Assembly: GCA_963737655.1 (NCBI GenBank)
Contig: CAVTTN010000002.1
Location: 5,504,001-5,568,000 of the forward strand
Direction of reading: 5' to 3'
Source of the DNA: an uncultured Planctomycetota bacterium
GTDB taxonomy: Bacteria; Planctomycetota; Planctomycetia; Isosphaerales; Isosphaeraceae
Length of the DNA stretch: 64,000 bases
Part shown: piece by piece, positions 38,617-50,005 of the stretch
Position numbering within the stretch: position 1 is the stretch's first letter
Layout: every line of letters begins with the position of its first letter
Notes under the pieces: model-generated
The model's database searches: none
What the model saw: only the letters and a program-made list of their open reading frames with translations
What the model was told of the DNA's origin: nothing
Program-made: the position numbers and the translations under genes

Positions 38617-39681
38617 TCACTTCACCACGGTGGTGATGAATGACGAGAGTTCGGCCAGCCCCGGGCCGCTGAATCGGGCCTGATAGGCATAGATCCGCCG
38701 GAGCGAGGGGATCTTCCTCAAACCGGCGATCGCGGGATCGCCCACGGATGTCCCATCGATCCAGAGATCTTCGAGTCTTTCGATGCCCTGGAGGCCCCGA
38801 ATGCCTCGATCGGTCACCTGCGTCCCGGAGAGAACAAGCGATCTCAGACGCTTCGCCTTCGTGAGGTAGGGGAGGCCGTCGTCTCCGACCGCCGACTCCG
38901 CCAGGGCGAGATGTTCGAGGGAATCCAACGATTCCAGGGACGCGAGGCCCGGATCGCCGACCTTGGTGTAATTCAGGTCCAGATCCTTGAGATTCTTCAT
39001 TTTTTCGAGATGCATGAGGCCGGCATCACCGACGTCGGTCCCCAGAAGGGACAGAAGCCTCAGGTCCTTCAGCCGCCCCACGGGCGCGAGGTCCGAATCC
39101 CGGATCGTCGTCACGTCGAGCCAGAGGGAAGCGAGGTGGGGCATCCGATCCAGAGCCTCGAGCCCATGCCCTCCGAAGTTGATCCCATTCAAGCGCAGCC
39201 AGGTCAGGTGGTTCAGCGGACCCAGGCAAGCGAGGCCATCACCGGTGATCGAAGTGTATTCCAGGCACAGGTATTCCAGGCATGGCCTCGGACCGATCCG
39301 TCGGAGCCAGGAATCATCGATTTTCTCGCCGATCAGGGACAGGGACCTCAGATCATGAAGTGCCCCGATCTGGTCGGCGAGCGATTCGCCATCGTTGAAG
39401 GTCAGATCGACCCCCAGGACGGTGTGGAAATAATCCTCGCCGAGCCGAGCCTGGAGCCAGGCCGGGACCCACGAGACGGCCCGCGCCCGGGCGGGCTGGT
39501 CTTGAGTGTCGTGTTCGTAGTCGTAGGCAACCACGCCTCCCGCCTTGCGAATCGCCTCGACGGCCCTCCGCTGGGTCCGCGCCTCGTTCACGAACTTCGC
39601 CAGCAAGACGGCGAAGGCCGCGATCAGAAGCATCGAACCGCGAAGGGTCAGGCGCCTCCATCGCGGTTTCGGGATCGTCAT
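38617..39681 (-). CDS. Membrane-anchored leucine-rich repeat protein
   Basis: N-terminal TM segment; repeated LxxLxLxxTxVxDxGL units. Confidence 0.88.
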   Translation of the reverse strand: MTIPKPRWRRLTLRGSMLLIAAFAVLLAKFVNEARTQRRAVEAIRKAGGVVAYDYEHDTQDQPARARAVSWVPAWLQARLGEDYFHTVLGVDLTFNDGESLADQIGALHDLRSLSLIGEKIDDSWLRRIGPRPCLEYLCLEYTSITGDGLACLGPLNHLTWLRLNGINFGGHGLEALDRMPHLASLWLDVTTIRDSDLAPVGRLKDLRLLSLLGTDVGDAGLMHLEKMKNLKDLDLNYTKVGDPGLASLESLDSLEHLALAESAVGDDGLPYLTKAKRLRSLVLSGTQVTDRGIRGLQGIERLEDLWIDGTSVGDPAIAGLRKIPSLRRIYAYQARFSGPGLAELSSFITTVVK

Positions 39682-39726
39682 CGGTGCGTCCTCGGTGGCC
39701 GATCGCTCGTTGCGGGGCTTCGCCGA

Positions 39727-41304
39727 TTATCCGGCGCGGCCGTCGTCGGTCAAATGGGTGAGCGTCTGGTAGTCCACTTTATCCGTCGAGGTCGTCGGGA
39801 GCCTGGGGACGAATGCGACGCGATCCGGGATCATGTAGTGCGGTAGATACGTCGTGCAATGTCGCTTCATGGCGATGATCGAGGCTTTCCGGCCCGGCTT
39901 CATCGCCACGAACGCGGCGATGGCCACGCCGTCTTCGCCCGGATTGGCGACGACGGCCGCCGATTCGACGTCTTCGTGCCGGTTCAGGGCCGATTCGATC
40001 TCGCCGAGCTCGATCCGGTAGCCCCGCTTCTTGACCATCCGGTCGCGGCGCCCCCGGAACCGCAGGACGCCCGAGCCGTCGTCCTCCACGAGGTCGCCGG
40101 TCCGATACCAGTGGCGAGCGTCGTCGAGGAAGGCGAGGGCCGTGAGGTCGGGGCGGCCGAAGTAGCCTCGCATCACCCCCGGGCCGGCGATCAGGAGCTC
40201 GCCGACCGTCCCGAGCGGCACTTCCCCCCCCGATTCATCCACGATTTTTGACTTCAAAGGTGCGCACACCCGGCCGATCGGGAACGGCTCGGCTCGATCG
40301 GCGGGGATCGTCCGGGGCAGGCGGAACGCGGTGCAGACGTTGGTCTCGGTCGGCCCGTAAAGGTTCCACATTTCCGCATTCGGCCACATGTCCCGAAGTC
40401 GCTTCAACGGGCGGATCGCGAACACCTCGCCCGCGAACAGGACGAGCCTCGGCGCCGGGAACGCGGCGCGGTCGATCCCCCCATGCTCGACGAGCAGGGA
40501 GAGGATCGACGGGGCCGAGTACCAGACATCCACGCGTTTTTCGTGCAAGAACGCGCCGAGCCGTGCCGGGTCCCGGCCGAGCGATTCGCCGACGAGGACG
40601 AGCGTGCCCCCGCGTCGGCAGGAGGCGAAGAGGTCGAGGATCGAGAGGTCGAAATGAAACGGCGCATGAGAGGCGAACCGCTCGCCGTCGCGGAGGCCGA
40701 GGGCGTGGTCGCACCAATCGAGGAAGGAAAACGCGTTGCGATGAGAGAGCATCACGCCCTTGGGCGTCCCGGTCGAGCCCGAGGTGTAGAGGATGTACGC
40801 GAGGTCGTCCGGGCGGCACGTGGGCGGCAGGGGCGAGGGGGCGTCGTCGGCCTGGATGGCGTCCCAATCGGCGTCGGGCGCGGCGACGGCGGATCCGCCC
40901 CCGACGACCACGAGCCGGGGCCGGAGGCCCCTCGACGGCCAGGCGAGGCGGAGGCTCGGGGCGAGCGATCCGGCGACGATCGCGGCGCGGACCCCGCAAT
41001 CGGCGAGGATCGCGGCCCCTCGGCCGATCGGCGCGGCCGGGTCGATCGGGACGTACGCCGCGCCGGTCCGCAAGATGCCGTGGATCGCGGCCACGGATTC
41101 GAGGCCCTTGGGCAGCATCAGCCCCACGCGGTCGCCCCGGCCCACGCCCCATCGGGCGAGCCGGGCGGCGAGGCGGTCGGCCGCGAGATGGAGCCCGGAA
41201 TAGGAGAGCGAGCGGCCGGATTCGTCCTCGACGGCCGGACGGTCGGGCCACAGGGCGGCGGGGCGATCGAGGAGGTCGGTGAGGAGCGTGGCTTCCGTGC
41301 TCAT
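39727..41304 (-). CDS. Stand-alone amino-acid adenylation domain protein (DltA-like)
   Basis: YTSGSTGTPKGV, FDLS, NLYGPTE, YRTGDL and RGYRIELGEIE; no PCP domain. Confidence 0.9.
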   Translation of the reverse strand: MSTEATLLTDLLDRPAALWPDRPAVEDESGRSLSYSGLHLAADRLAARLARWGVGRGDRVGLMLPKGLESVAAIHGILRTGAAYVPIDPAAPIGRGAAILADCGVRAAIVAGSLAPSLRLAWPSRGLRPRLVVVGGGSAVAAPDADWDAIQADDAPSPLPPTCRPDDLAYILYTSGSTGTPKGVMLSHRNAFSFLDWCDHALGLRDGERFASHAPFHFDLSILDLFASCRRGGTLVLVGESLGRDPARLGAFLHEKRVDVWYSAPSILSLLVEHGGIDRAAFPAPRLVLFAGEVFAIRPLKRLRDMWPNAEMWNLYGPTETNVCTAFRLPRTIPADRAEPFPIGRVCAPLKSKIVDESGGEVPLGTVGELLIAGPGVMRGYFGRPDLTALAFLDDARHWYRTGDLVEDDGSGVLRFRGRRDRMVKKRGYRIELGEIESALNRHEDVESAAVVANPGEDGVAIAAFVAMKPGRKASIIAMKRHCTTYLPHYMIPDRVAFVPRLPTTSTDKVDYQTLTHLTDDGRAG

Positions 41305-41350
41305 GAAGTCCTCCGAGCATCCTTTGGGGCGGGTGGCGCCCGCCCCGGGT

Positions 41351-42529
41351 TCATTCGGGCGGCTCGACTCCGAAGATGGTCCGGTACATCAGCTCATTCT
41401 TGACGATGTCCCTGGCCAGCATTTCAAACAGCAATTTATGTCCAAGATCGTTGGGATGATCATCCCCCTGGGCGATCCAGAGGGTGGTGGGGTCGCGGTC
41501 GTCGAAGGTGGGGGTCAGGTCGAGGAACGGCAGATCCAGGCGTCGGGCGGTCCCGGCGAGGCGGAGGATCGCGGCGGATCGGGCCTCGGGGGCGTCGGCC
41601 AGGCCGACCCGGGGGATCGCCAGGAGGGCCATCGGCGTGCCGTCGGCCCGGCATCGCCCGGCGATCTCGCCGACGGTCGCCTCGGCGATGTCGTCGAGGA
41701 ACGGCCGGATCTTGGCCTTCATCGCGTCCTTGTCCTTGAGCTCGCCGAAGGCGTCGAGCCTCAGGTCCTCGGTGCCGATCCCGGCCCCGGCCAGGGCCTT
41801 GCGGAGGTAGGCATACCTCAGATCAATGCGATCTTGAAGGAGATTTCGGATGTGGATTTCCAGGAGCCGAGTATCCAGCATCGTGGCCGAGTAGAGGACC
41901 AGGTCCGGCCGGTACGCGGGGGCCTTGCGGCGGAACGATTCGAGCCGATGGAGCGGGCTGTAGGCCGCCATCGCGAGGTTGATGACCTCGAACTTCCGGG
42001 AGATCCCGCGACGGGCCGCGTGGGCGTTCAGCCAGTCTTCCAGGCGATTCTCGTAGGTCTCGTCGGTCGCGACGCCCCAGCCCATGTCCATGGAGGAGCC
42101 GAGGAGGACGATCCGGAACGTCCCCTCGGGCTTCTCGACCGTGTACGGCCGGTCGCGGAGGCCCTGGGCGTTGGTCGTGAACGGCTTGCCGAAGACGGTC
42201 CGGTCGAGGTCCGGCTTGAGCTCGAACTGGAGGAGGTCGCGAGGGAGGTACTTCGTGGCGCCGACCTCGTGGAAGCTCTTCCACTCGCTGGATTTGCCCT
42301 GCAATCGCAGGCTGAGCTCGTCGCGGGCGGCCTCGGGCCCGCCGTCGATCAGGCCGACGTAATAGCCGGTGGCCTGGGCCTCGCGGTCGGCCCGATTCAG
42401 CTCGGGGGAGCGGATGCTCCGCAGCGCGGACCTCGCCCATCGGCCGGGCATGGGGATGACCGACAGCGCCAGGATCACGCCGACCGTGGCCAGCGAGAGG
42501 CGATAGGCTCGCAGATACGGGGGATTCAT
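41351..42529 (-). CDS. SGNH/GDSL-family protein
   Basis: LLGSSMDMGWGV and DDHPNDLGH. Confidence 0.85.
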   Translation of the reverse strand: MNPPYLRAYRLSLATVGVILALSVIPMPGRWARSALRSIRSPELNRADREAQATGYYVGLIDGGPEAARDELSLRLQGKSSEWKSFHEVGATKYLPRDLLQFELKPDLDRTVFGKPFTTNAQGLRDRPYTVEKPEGTFRIVLLGSSMDMGWGVATDETYENRLEDWLNAHAARRGISRKFEVINLAMAAYSPLHRLESFRRKAPAYRPDLVLYSATMLDTRLLEIHIRNLLQDRIDLRYAYLRKALAGAGIGTEDLRLDAFGELKDKDAMKAKIRPFLDDIAEATVGEIAGRCRADGTPMALLAIPRVGLADAPEARSAAILRLAGTARRLDLPFLDLTPTFDDRDPTTLWIAQGDDHPNDLGHKLLFEMLARDIVKNELMYRTIFGVEPPE

Positions 42530-43602
42530 CGACCCCCCTTCGTCAGGATCGCTCGCAGTTCGGGGGCCGACCGCAACGCCGCCTCCAGCCTCTCGGCCAG
42601 CCTCGCATGACCCTCGGCGTTCGGGTGGAAGTCGTCGGGAGCGATGGCCAGGGACGCCGGATCGAGGCCGTCGAAGGCGTCGGAGAGGTCGATCACGGCC
42701 GAGAATCCGCAGGCTCGGGCCGTCGCGATCAGCCGGGCGCGGTCCTCCGGTTCGATCCGCTTGCCGACCCTCGGCACGAGCACCCAGGCCGTCGCCACGC
42801 CTCGCGATCGGCACTCGGCGGCGGCCGATCGATAGACGTTTTCGAGGATTGGCCAGCGATAGGGCCGCAAGATGCGTTTGTATGTGGCGAAGTCGCCGCC
42901 CGGCACGGCGCCGCTGGAGGCCAGGGCCTCGCGATAGAGGGGCGAGTCCCAGCCGATCCCCCGGGGCAGGAGTCCTCGGAGTCGCCGCTCGTCCCAGCCG
43001 GGATCGGCGGGCGTGGCCTCGATCACGACGAGGTCGGGCGACGTGGGCCAGCCGGTCCTGCGGAAATGCTCCCACCGCTGGCCGGGCGAGTGGCCGGGGA
43101 CGGAGAAGTTGAGGAACTCGACGTGACGGCCCGGCCCGGCCGATCCGTCGAGCGACCGTTCGGCCCGGGGCTCGAAGCCGAGGCCATCGGCCACGCCCCA
43201 GCCGGCGGCGATCGAGTCGCCCACGAGGGCGAGCCGGGTCGTCCCGGGGGGCTTCTCGATCGGATACTCGCGGTCGCGCATCCCGAGGGAATTCGTGGTC
43301 CAGGACGCGCCTCGATGCGAGGTCTCCATCCCGGGGTTGAGGAGGTATTCGCGCAGGTCCGCGACGGGATGGCACAGGCGGCCCGCATCGAAGGGTGCCG
43401 GCGCGATGGGCGCGGAGGCGTCGAGCCTCCGGGAAGGCCCGCTGATCTTTTCGTAGTAGCCGCGATCGATCCGTTCGGCGTCGGCGCGGCTGATCCCCTC
43501 CTCGCGGAGGGCCGCCAGGGGCCCGGGAGGGGCCAGGCCGGCCGCCAGGAGGGCCGAGGCGGTCAGGAACGAGCTTCGGAAGGCGCGGGTCGGTCCGTCC
43601 AT
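42526..43602 (-). CDS. SGNH/GDSL-family protein
   Basis: VGDSIAAGWGV and DFHPNAEGH. Confidence 0.85.
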   Translation of the reverse strand: MDGPTRAFRSSFLTASALLAAGLAPPGPLAALREEGISRADAERIDRGYYEKISGPSRRLDASAPIAPAPFDAGRLCHPVADLREYLLNPGMETSHRGASWTTNSLGMRDREYPIEKPPGTTRLALVGDSIAAGWGVADGLGFEPRAERSLDGSAGPGRHVEFLNFSVPGHSPGQRWEHFRRTGWPTSPDLVVIEATPADPGWDERRLRGLLPRGIGWDSPLYREALASSGAVPGGDFATYKRILRPYRWPILENVYRSAAAECRSRGVATAWVLVPRVGKRIEPEDRARLIATARACGFSAVIDLSDAFDGLDPASLAIAPDDFHPNAEGHARLAERLEAALRSAPELRAILTKGGR

Positions 43603-43622
43603 GGTCCGCCTTCGGCCGGGTC

Positions 43623-44990
43623 TCAGCCGGCCGCCCTCCTGAGCATGTCGAGCCACGCGCCGAGGCTCGGGCTGTACCAGAGGGACCAGAGCAGCGCGAT
43701 CGTGGCGAAGGTGGCCAGGGTCTTCGCGGATCGGGCGGCGACGGCCTGGAGGGTGAGGTCCGGCCCCTTCAGCCGCCCTCGCCTCGGCGCCCGGGCGTCG
43801 AGCTGGACGTTCACCAGGACGAACCCGCCGAGGATGCCCCAGAACAGGGCGTCCGGCACGCTGAAGCCGAACGTCCCCCACCGCCAGAACATCTGGTAGG
43901 CGTGCAGGAGCCACGTCACGAGGAACACGGTCGCCGTGGCCGCCGCCAGGGCCACGGGCTGGCGATGGCGCTTCATCCGGAAGACCACGGGATTGAACAC
44001 CACGCGGACCATGAAGTCTTTCCAGTAGATATTGATCCGTCTCCAGTAGTCCGTGAAGGACGTGGCGAGCAGATAATGATGATGGGTCTCGGGCAAGGCG
44101 AAGCCGAAGAGGTGGAGCATCCCGCAGGCCATGTGGAACTGGCCGGAGACCTGCAGATATTGGAGATAGTTCGCGACGACGAATCGGAGGAGGCTCAGCG
44201 GGTCGTGGACGTCGGCCTGGGCGATCAGGAGGTCGTGATAGACGAGTCGGAACAGGAGGAGGTGGACGGCCCCCCGGGTCATCATCTTCAGGCCGTCGAC
44301 CTGGACGGCGTGGACGTCGCGGGCGAAGTAGCCCCGGCGGAAATTGCGGTAATCGACCACGGGGAAGTGGAAGAAGCAGAAGTTGGGCAGGAGGAAGAAA
44401 TACGCGAGGGCGTCGCCGAACGACTCGGGGCCCTCGGCGTGCTTCAATTCGTAGAGATACAAGATCATCCGGAACATGAACATGGAGCCGAGCATCGGCC
44501 AGGCGGCCTCGGGCAGGGGGAGGCTCGCGGCGAAGGCGCGGGCCAGGGCCAGGAGGACGCCGACGCCCGCCACGACGGCGACCCTGGCGACCCACGGGCG
44601 ATCGAGCCGGCTCAGGGCGATCAGGCCGAGGCCGACGGCCACGACCAGGGCCGCGGCGGCGATCCCGAGGAAGAAGCCCAGCGCGGTGATCGACGCCGCG
44701 ACGAAGAACGGCTTCTTCAGCCGGAACGGCAGGAGGTAGTGGACCGGCAGGGCCGCCGTGGCGATCGAGGCGACGAGGCGGAAGGCCCGTCCCTCGACGT
44801 GATAGACGAAGAAGAGCGTGAGCAGGAGTCCGAGATGGAGCATGACCGGCAGGAACCGGCGGACCGATCGGCGGCACTGGGCGGGCTCGCCCCGGTAGAG
44901 GCCGGGCTCGGGCCCGGGGTCGGGGATCGGAAGATACTGGCGGTGGGGCGCCCTCGGCGGCGCGAGCGTCCTGGGGATCTCGAGCCGCAT
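43623..44990 (-). CDS. MBOAT-family membrane acyltransferase (DltB/AlgI-like)
   Basis: SFTDYWRRINIYWKDF, WLLH and many TM segments. Confidence 0.85.
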   Translation of the reverse strand: MRLEIPRTLAPPRAPHRQYLPIPDPGPEPGLYRGEPAQCRRSVRRFLPVMLHLGLLLTLFFVYHVEGRAFRLVASIATAALPVHYLLPFRLKKPFFVAASITALGFFLGIAAAALVVAVGLGLIALSRLDRPWVARVAVVAGVGVLLALARAFAASLPLPEAAWPMLGSMFMFRMILYLYELKHAEGPESFGDALAYFFLLPNFCFFHFPVVDYRNFRRGYFARDVHAVQVDGLKMMTRGAVHLLLFRLVYHDLLIAQADVHDPLSLLRFVVANYLQYLQVSGQFHMACGMLHLFGFALPETHHHYLLATSFTDYWRRINIYWKDFMVRVVFNPVVFRMKRHRQPVALAAATATVFLVTWLLHAYQMFWRWGTFGFSVPDALFWGILGGFVLVNVQLDARAPRRGRLKGPDLTLQAVAARSAKTLATFATIALLWSLWYSPSLGAWLDMLRRAAG

Positions 44991-45335
44991 GCCGTGCCCC
45001 TCCCTGTCCGTCCCACGCTCCGAGGCCGAGGGGACGCGCCCGGGGACGGTCGAGATGGGGGCGGGCGGGGCGATCGATCTCGCCCGGAAGACGATGCGGG
45101 GGAGGCCCATCCCTGGGCCGGCGATCCCGCAAGGGCCGCGCACATCCGTGTTACCGTCGTCTCCGCGAGGCGCCGTTCGGCTTCGGTCCTGCTCGGTTCG
45201 ATCCAGTTTCGTCCGGTTCGCGGCCCGGGTTTCCAAGCGCGGCCGGCGAGGCCCCGAAGGTGCTCGGGGGCGGTCTAGGGGTATACCCGAAGCTCCGAGG
45301 GGCTGTCAACCCGAGCGGAGGGGCGGGGCGGGCGG

Positions 45336-48300
45336 CTACCAGCCGAGGTTCATCTGGTCGAGCTTCTGGCGGATGCTGGCGAGGTCCCAGAGGGCGACCC
45401 CGGAGTCGTCGCCGATGGCCAGGCGGTCGTCGGGCCCGAAGGCCAGGGCGAAGATCGGCCCCCGGCCGCCGGGCAGGCGGACCAGGGCCTCGGGCCGTCC
45501 TCCGGGCGAGACCCGCCAGAGCCGGACGGTCCCCGGCTGGCTGCCGACGGCCAGGTCGCCGGACGGGGAGAAGGCCACGGCGCGGACGTCCCCCTCTTCC
45601 TCCTTGTCCATCCCCTCGCGCTTGAAGATCCAGTCGCGGATGGTGCCGGTCTGGGTGTCCACCAGGGCGACGTGGCCGGACCGGCAGCCGACGGCCAGGG
45701 TCCGGCCGTCGGGGCTCAGCGCCAGGCACGAGGCGTCGCCGGGCATCTTCCGCCAGCCCAGGTCGCGGGCGTGGTCGCCGACGATCGCCCAGGCGTGGGG
45801 CTCGGACCGCATCATGAACGTCGAGTCGATGGTATAGAGGTGGTCGCCCGAGGGGGAGAGCACGGCGGTTCGCCGGCCGACCGGCGGGGGGCCCTGGGGC
45901 CGGGGCTCGCCGGCCTTGGGGTCGGGCCGGGGCCCCGACCGAGGCCCTCCGCGATCGCGGTTGTCGCGACGGGGGCCGGGGTCCGGCGGCTGGGGGAATT
46001 CCAGGCGGAACGGCGGCGCACCGTCCTTCAGGAGGACCACGTCGCTCCATCGAAGCAGGGCCAGGGTCGAGCCGTCGGCCGATCGGACCATCCCGGCGAC
46101 GTCGTAGTGGGACGACCATCTCGGGGCGTTGGAGGACAGGGGAGCCATCTCCGGGAGCGTCACCCGGCCCTGGGCCACGCGGTCCTCGAAATTCGGGTAG
46201 ACGTCCAGGCCGCCGGGCGAGGGGATGAGGAGCCGCCCCCGGGCGTCGAAGGCCAGGGCCCCGGTCTTCAAGTCGTCCCAGGTCTCGGCCTTGCTCGGGC
46301 AATGCCTCGGGCCGAGGAATCGGGCGGAATTCGTCTCCACGTTGGTGAACAGGGCCGCCAGGGCGCCGGAGGGGCTGAAGGTCACGAAGGCCGGGCGCGA
46401 GGCCGGGCGGGTCTCGGGCGGGGCCAGGCGGGTCCGGCCCAGGGGCTCGACGATCGCCCAGGTCTGCACCTGCCCCTCGACGGCGGCGGCCAGGGTCAGG
46501 CCGTCGGGCGAGAAGCTCAGGTCCTGGACCCTCGACGTCGTCGGCACCGAGGCCAGCGGGTTGCCCGAAGCCGGGTCCCAGATCTCGATCCGGTTGAACA
46601 GCGCCACCGCCAGCATCGTGCCGTCGGGGTTGAATCGCAGGGCCCGGATCATCGACTGATGCAGGTTCAGGCCGCTCAGGGGGCGCCGGGTCTCGGCGTC
46701 CCACAGGTGGACCGACCCTCCGCACGCGGCGGCCAGGACGCCGAACGGGCCCAGGGCCAGGGCCGACGGCGGGGAATCGGCGGTGATCGTCCCCTTCTTC
46801 GCGCCGGTCTGGGCATCCCAGAGGGTGATCTCCGGGTCGTAATTCCACGCCGTGGCGAGGGTCCGCCCTTCCGGGCCGATGGCGACGATCGGGGCGGCCC
46901 AGGCCGGCGGGGGGGGCCGGGTCGCGGCGGAGCCGGCGGGCTCGGTCCGGGTCGGTGAGAGGTCGGCCAGGGGCTTCTCGTCGTGCTTGGGGTCCCAGAG
47001 CTCGACCCGGCCGGGCTCGGGGACTCGCCGGGAACCATTGCCGGGACCGCCTCCGGGGCCCCCGCCGGAGTCGCGACCCCGGCCGCCCCCGCGAGGGCCG
47101 CTGATGGTCACCAGGCGGCCGCCGTCGGCCGTCGCCATCAGGGTCGAGATCCTCCGGCCGGGCATTTCCAGGTCGGCGAACGGCGCCCCGGTGGTCGTCT
47201 GGAACAGCCGGACCCCCTCGCCCCGGGGCAAGACCACCGCGAGGAATCCCTCCAGCGAGGCCACGCCGGGCCCCGGCGGCGGCCCGTACGGCCCCCGGGG
47301 GCCGGGGTCGTCCTCCGGCGCGTCGTCCTCGACCCGGACCGACTGCTTCCGCTCTTCCTTGCCCGAAGCCACGTCCCAGACCCGGAATTCCGAGCCGTTC
47401 TCGGCCAGGGTGACCAGCCGGTTGGATTCCGGCAGGAAGACCAGGTTCCGCGTCTTCCCGGAGTCCAGCGACGGCCGGGGCTCGATGTCCCGGACCGCCA
47501 GGAACTCCACCGCCTCGTCCCGGAGGTGCGCCTCCATGACCGGGTCGGGCTGGAGCTGCACCGCCTTCTCGATGACTTCCAGCCCCTTCTTGCGGCGATC
47601 CGGCGCCCGAGTGATGCGGACGAACTGCGCCTGGCTCAGGAGCTGTTCGCGCATGGCGACCTTCATCCGTCGGGTGGCGTCCTCGGCCTCGCCCAGCGCC
47701 TTCTCCTTGGCCTGGTTCGCGGCGACGGCCTCGTTCCTCTCGTGGAGGACGCGGATATAGGCGACCGTCGCCACGGCCAGGATCGACGCCACGGCCGCCG
47801 CCGAGACGCCCGAGAGGCTCGGGTGACGCCTCACGAACCGCCAGGCCCGCCCCGCCGGGCCGATCCTCCGGGCCTTCACGGGCTCCGTGGCCAGGAACCG
47901 ATTGAGGTCCTCGGCCAGCTCGGTCCCGCCGTCGTAGCGATCCTGAGGCCGCTTGGACATCGCCTTCAGGACGATCGTTTCCAAATCCCTGGGGATTCGC
48001 GAGTCGATCTTCCGGGGGGAGAGCGGGTCCTTGTCGCGGATCTGCCCGACGAGCTCGGCGGCCGTCCGGCCATCGAAGGGCGGGCGGAGGGTCAGGGAGC
48101 TCGATAGAGGGTCGCGCCCAGGCTGTACAGGTCGGCCCGGCCGTCGATCGGGCCGAGCTCGGCCTGCTCGGGGCTCATGTAGCGGGGGGTGCCCAGGAGG
48201 CTGTCGGTCTGGGTCATCGCCGGGTCGGCCAGGCGGCGGGCCAGGCCGAAGTCGGCCACCCAGATCGTCCCCCGGGCATCGACCAGGAGGTTCGAGGGCT

Positions 48301-49141
48301 TCACGTCGCGGTGGATCACCCCGCGACGATGCGCGTGGGCCAGGGCGTCGGCCGCTTGCAGCCCGACCCGGGCGACCCATCGGTAGTATTCCGAGCCCTT
48401 GGGCGGCTCGAACGGCGGGGGGGCGTCGTCCTGGTCCGGGGGCGACCCGACCCGGAGCCTCCCTCGGCTCGGCCGCGTGTCGCCGCCGAGCCAGCTCCGG
48501 GTCGGGTCGCCCAGGCTGGTCAAACCGAACGTGTCGGCGCCGTCCTGGGGGTCGGCGGCCTTCAACTTGTTCGTGCCCGAGCCGGCGGCCGAGGACCGGC
48601 CCTTCCTCAGGGACTTGATCACGCGATCCAGGCCCGAGCCCTCGATCCTCTGCATCGCGTAGTAGCAGAGGCCGCCGACCTGGCCGACGTCGAAGACCGG
48701 GACGATGTGCGTGTGGTGGAGCCCGGCGGCCGTCTTGGCCTCGTTGAGGAACCGCCTCCGACCCGAGGAATCGGGCGCGGCGTGGGTGCCGAGGACTTTC
48801 AGGGCGACCGGCCGATCGAGATCGACGTGGACGGCCTCGTAGACGATCCCCATCCCGCCCCGACCCAGCTCGCGGACGATCCGGTATCCGGCCACCCGGC
48901 GGCCCGCCTCCAGCCGGTGGCCGGGGCCCGAGCTCTCGCCGACGAGGCCCTGGACCACGGCCAGGCCTTCCAGGGCCGCTTCCAGCTCCTCGGCGAGGTC
49001 GGGGTATCGCGCCGCGAAGACCTCGGGAGACGGGGCGGCGCCGGCCTCGGCCAGTTCGAGATAGGCCTCGATCGCCTCGCCGAGACGATCGTCGCGATCG
49101 GTGGGATCGCCGCCGGGATCGGGTTCGCTCTGGCGGATCAT
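45336..49141 (-). CDS. Ser/Thr protein kinase with TM segment and WD40 repeats, frameshift near 48100
   Basis: LGRGGMG, HRDVKPSN, DFGLA and GTPRYMSPEQ (48092-49141); PRDLETI, TM and WD40 repeats in the other frame. Confidence 0.92.
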
Positions 49142-49231
49142 GGCACGACCAATCGGTTGGCGGGAGGGACGGATCGGGGGAATGCCGACGGACTCCGCGA
49201 CGCGAGGTAACTCGACACAACTCCACTCAAC

Positions 49232-49864
49232 TCACTTGGGCAACTGGCGTTTCAGGCCCTTGAGGCCGCGGGCCCAGAGGCCGCGGACGACCTTCCGGCT
49301 CTGGCCGAGCCGCTCGCCGATGGCCTCGAAGGAGAGGTTCTCGGCGTAGTAGAGCCAGAGGACGTCGGCCTCGGCCTCCGGGATATCGGCCAGGGCGTCG
49401 GCCAGGAGGCTCTTGAGCTCCCTCTGGCTGGCGGCCTCGCTCGGGCTGGTCTGGCTCAGGGAGAGCATGTCCAGGAGCTTGCCGCCGCCGCCCCCGGCCG
49501 AGTCGTTGCCGCCCCCGCCCTCGCCGCCCCAGGGCGCATCCAGAGGCAGGGCGGCGCCCCCGGCGGCCCGCTTCGCCCGGCTGTGATACCGCCCCAGGTC
49601 CGCGAGCTTCTGGCCCACCAGGCGGCGGAGCCAGCCGACCAGCGCCGCCTCGTTCTGCCCGGTGAACTGCGGGAACTGCCGGACCACCTCCACCAGGGTC
49701 TCCTGGACCACGTCGGACAGCTCCACCCGCTCCCGGAGCCGAGGGCCCAGGCCGGTCCGGACGACCATCCTCAGATAATTGCGGTAGAGCCCGCAAAGTT
49801 CCCCCAGCGCCTCGGGCTGCCCGGCGCGGGCCATCGCCATCAGTTCGGTCGGTCCTGAGCCCAT
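49232..49864 (-). CDS. ECF-type RNA polymerase sigma-70 factor
   Basis: YRNYL, SDVVQET, WLRRL, TSPSEAA and region-4 HTH; directly upstream of the kinase. Confidence 0.9.
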   Translation of the reverse strand: MGSGPTELMAMARAGQPEALGELCGLYRNYLRMVVRTGLGPRLRERVELSDVVQETLVEVVRQFPQFTGQNEAALVGWLRRLVGQKLADLGRYHSRAKRAAGGAALPLDAPWGGEGGGGNDSAGGGGGKLLDMLSLSQTSPSEAASQRELKSLLADALADIPEAEADVLWLYYAENLSFEAIGERLGQSRKVVRGLWARGLKGLKRQLPK

Positions 49865-50005
49865 CGAGCCGGATCTCCGCGATCGCGGTGAAAGGGGCCG
49901 ATCGAACCGCCGATCTCTCGCCACCACAAAGGAGATCAGCGTCAACGCCCCGCGGATCGTACCCCCTTCATGATCCCCCGCGACGATCCGCCCGACAAGA
50001 CCCCC

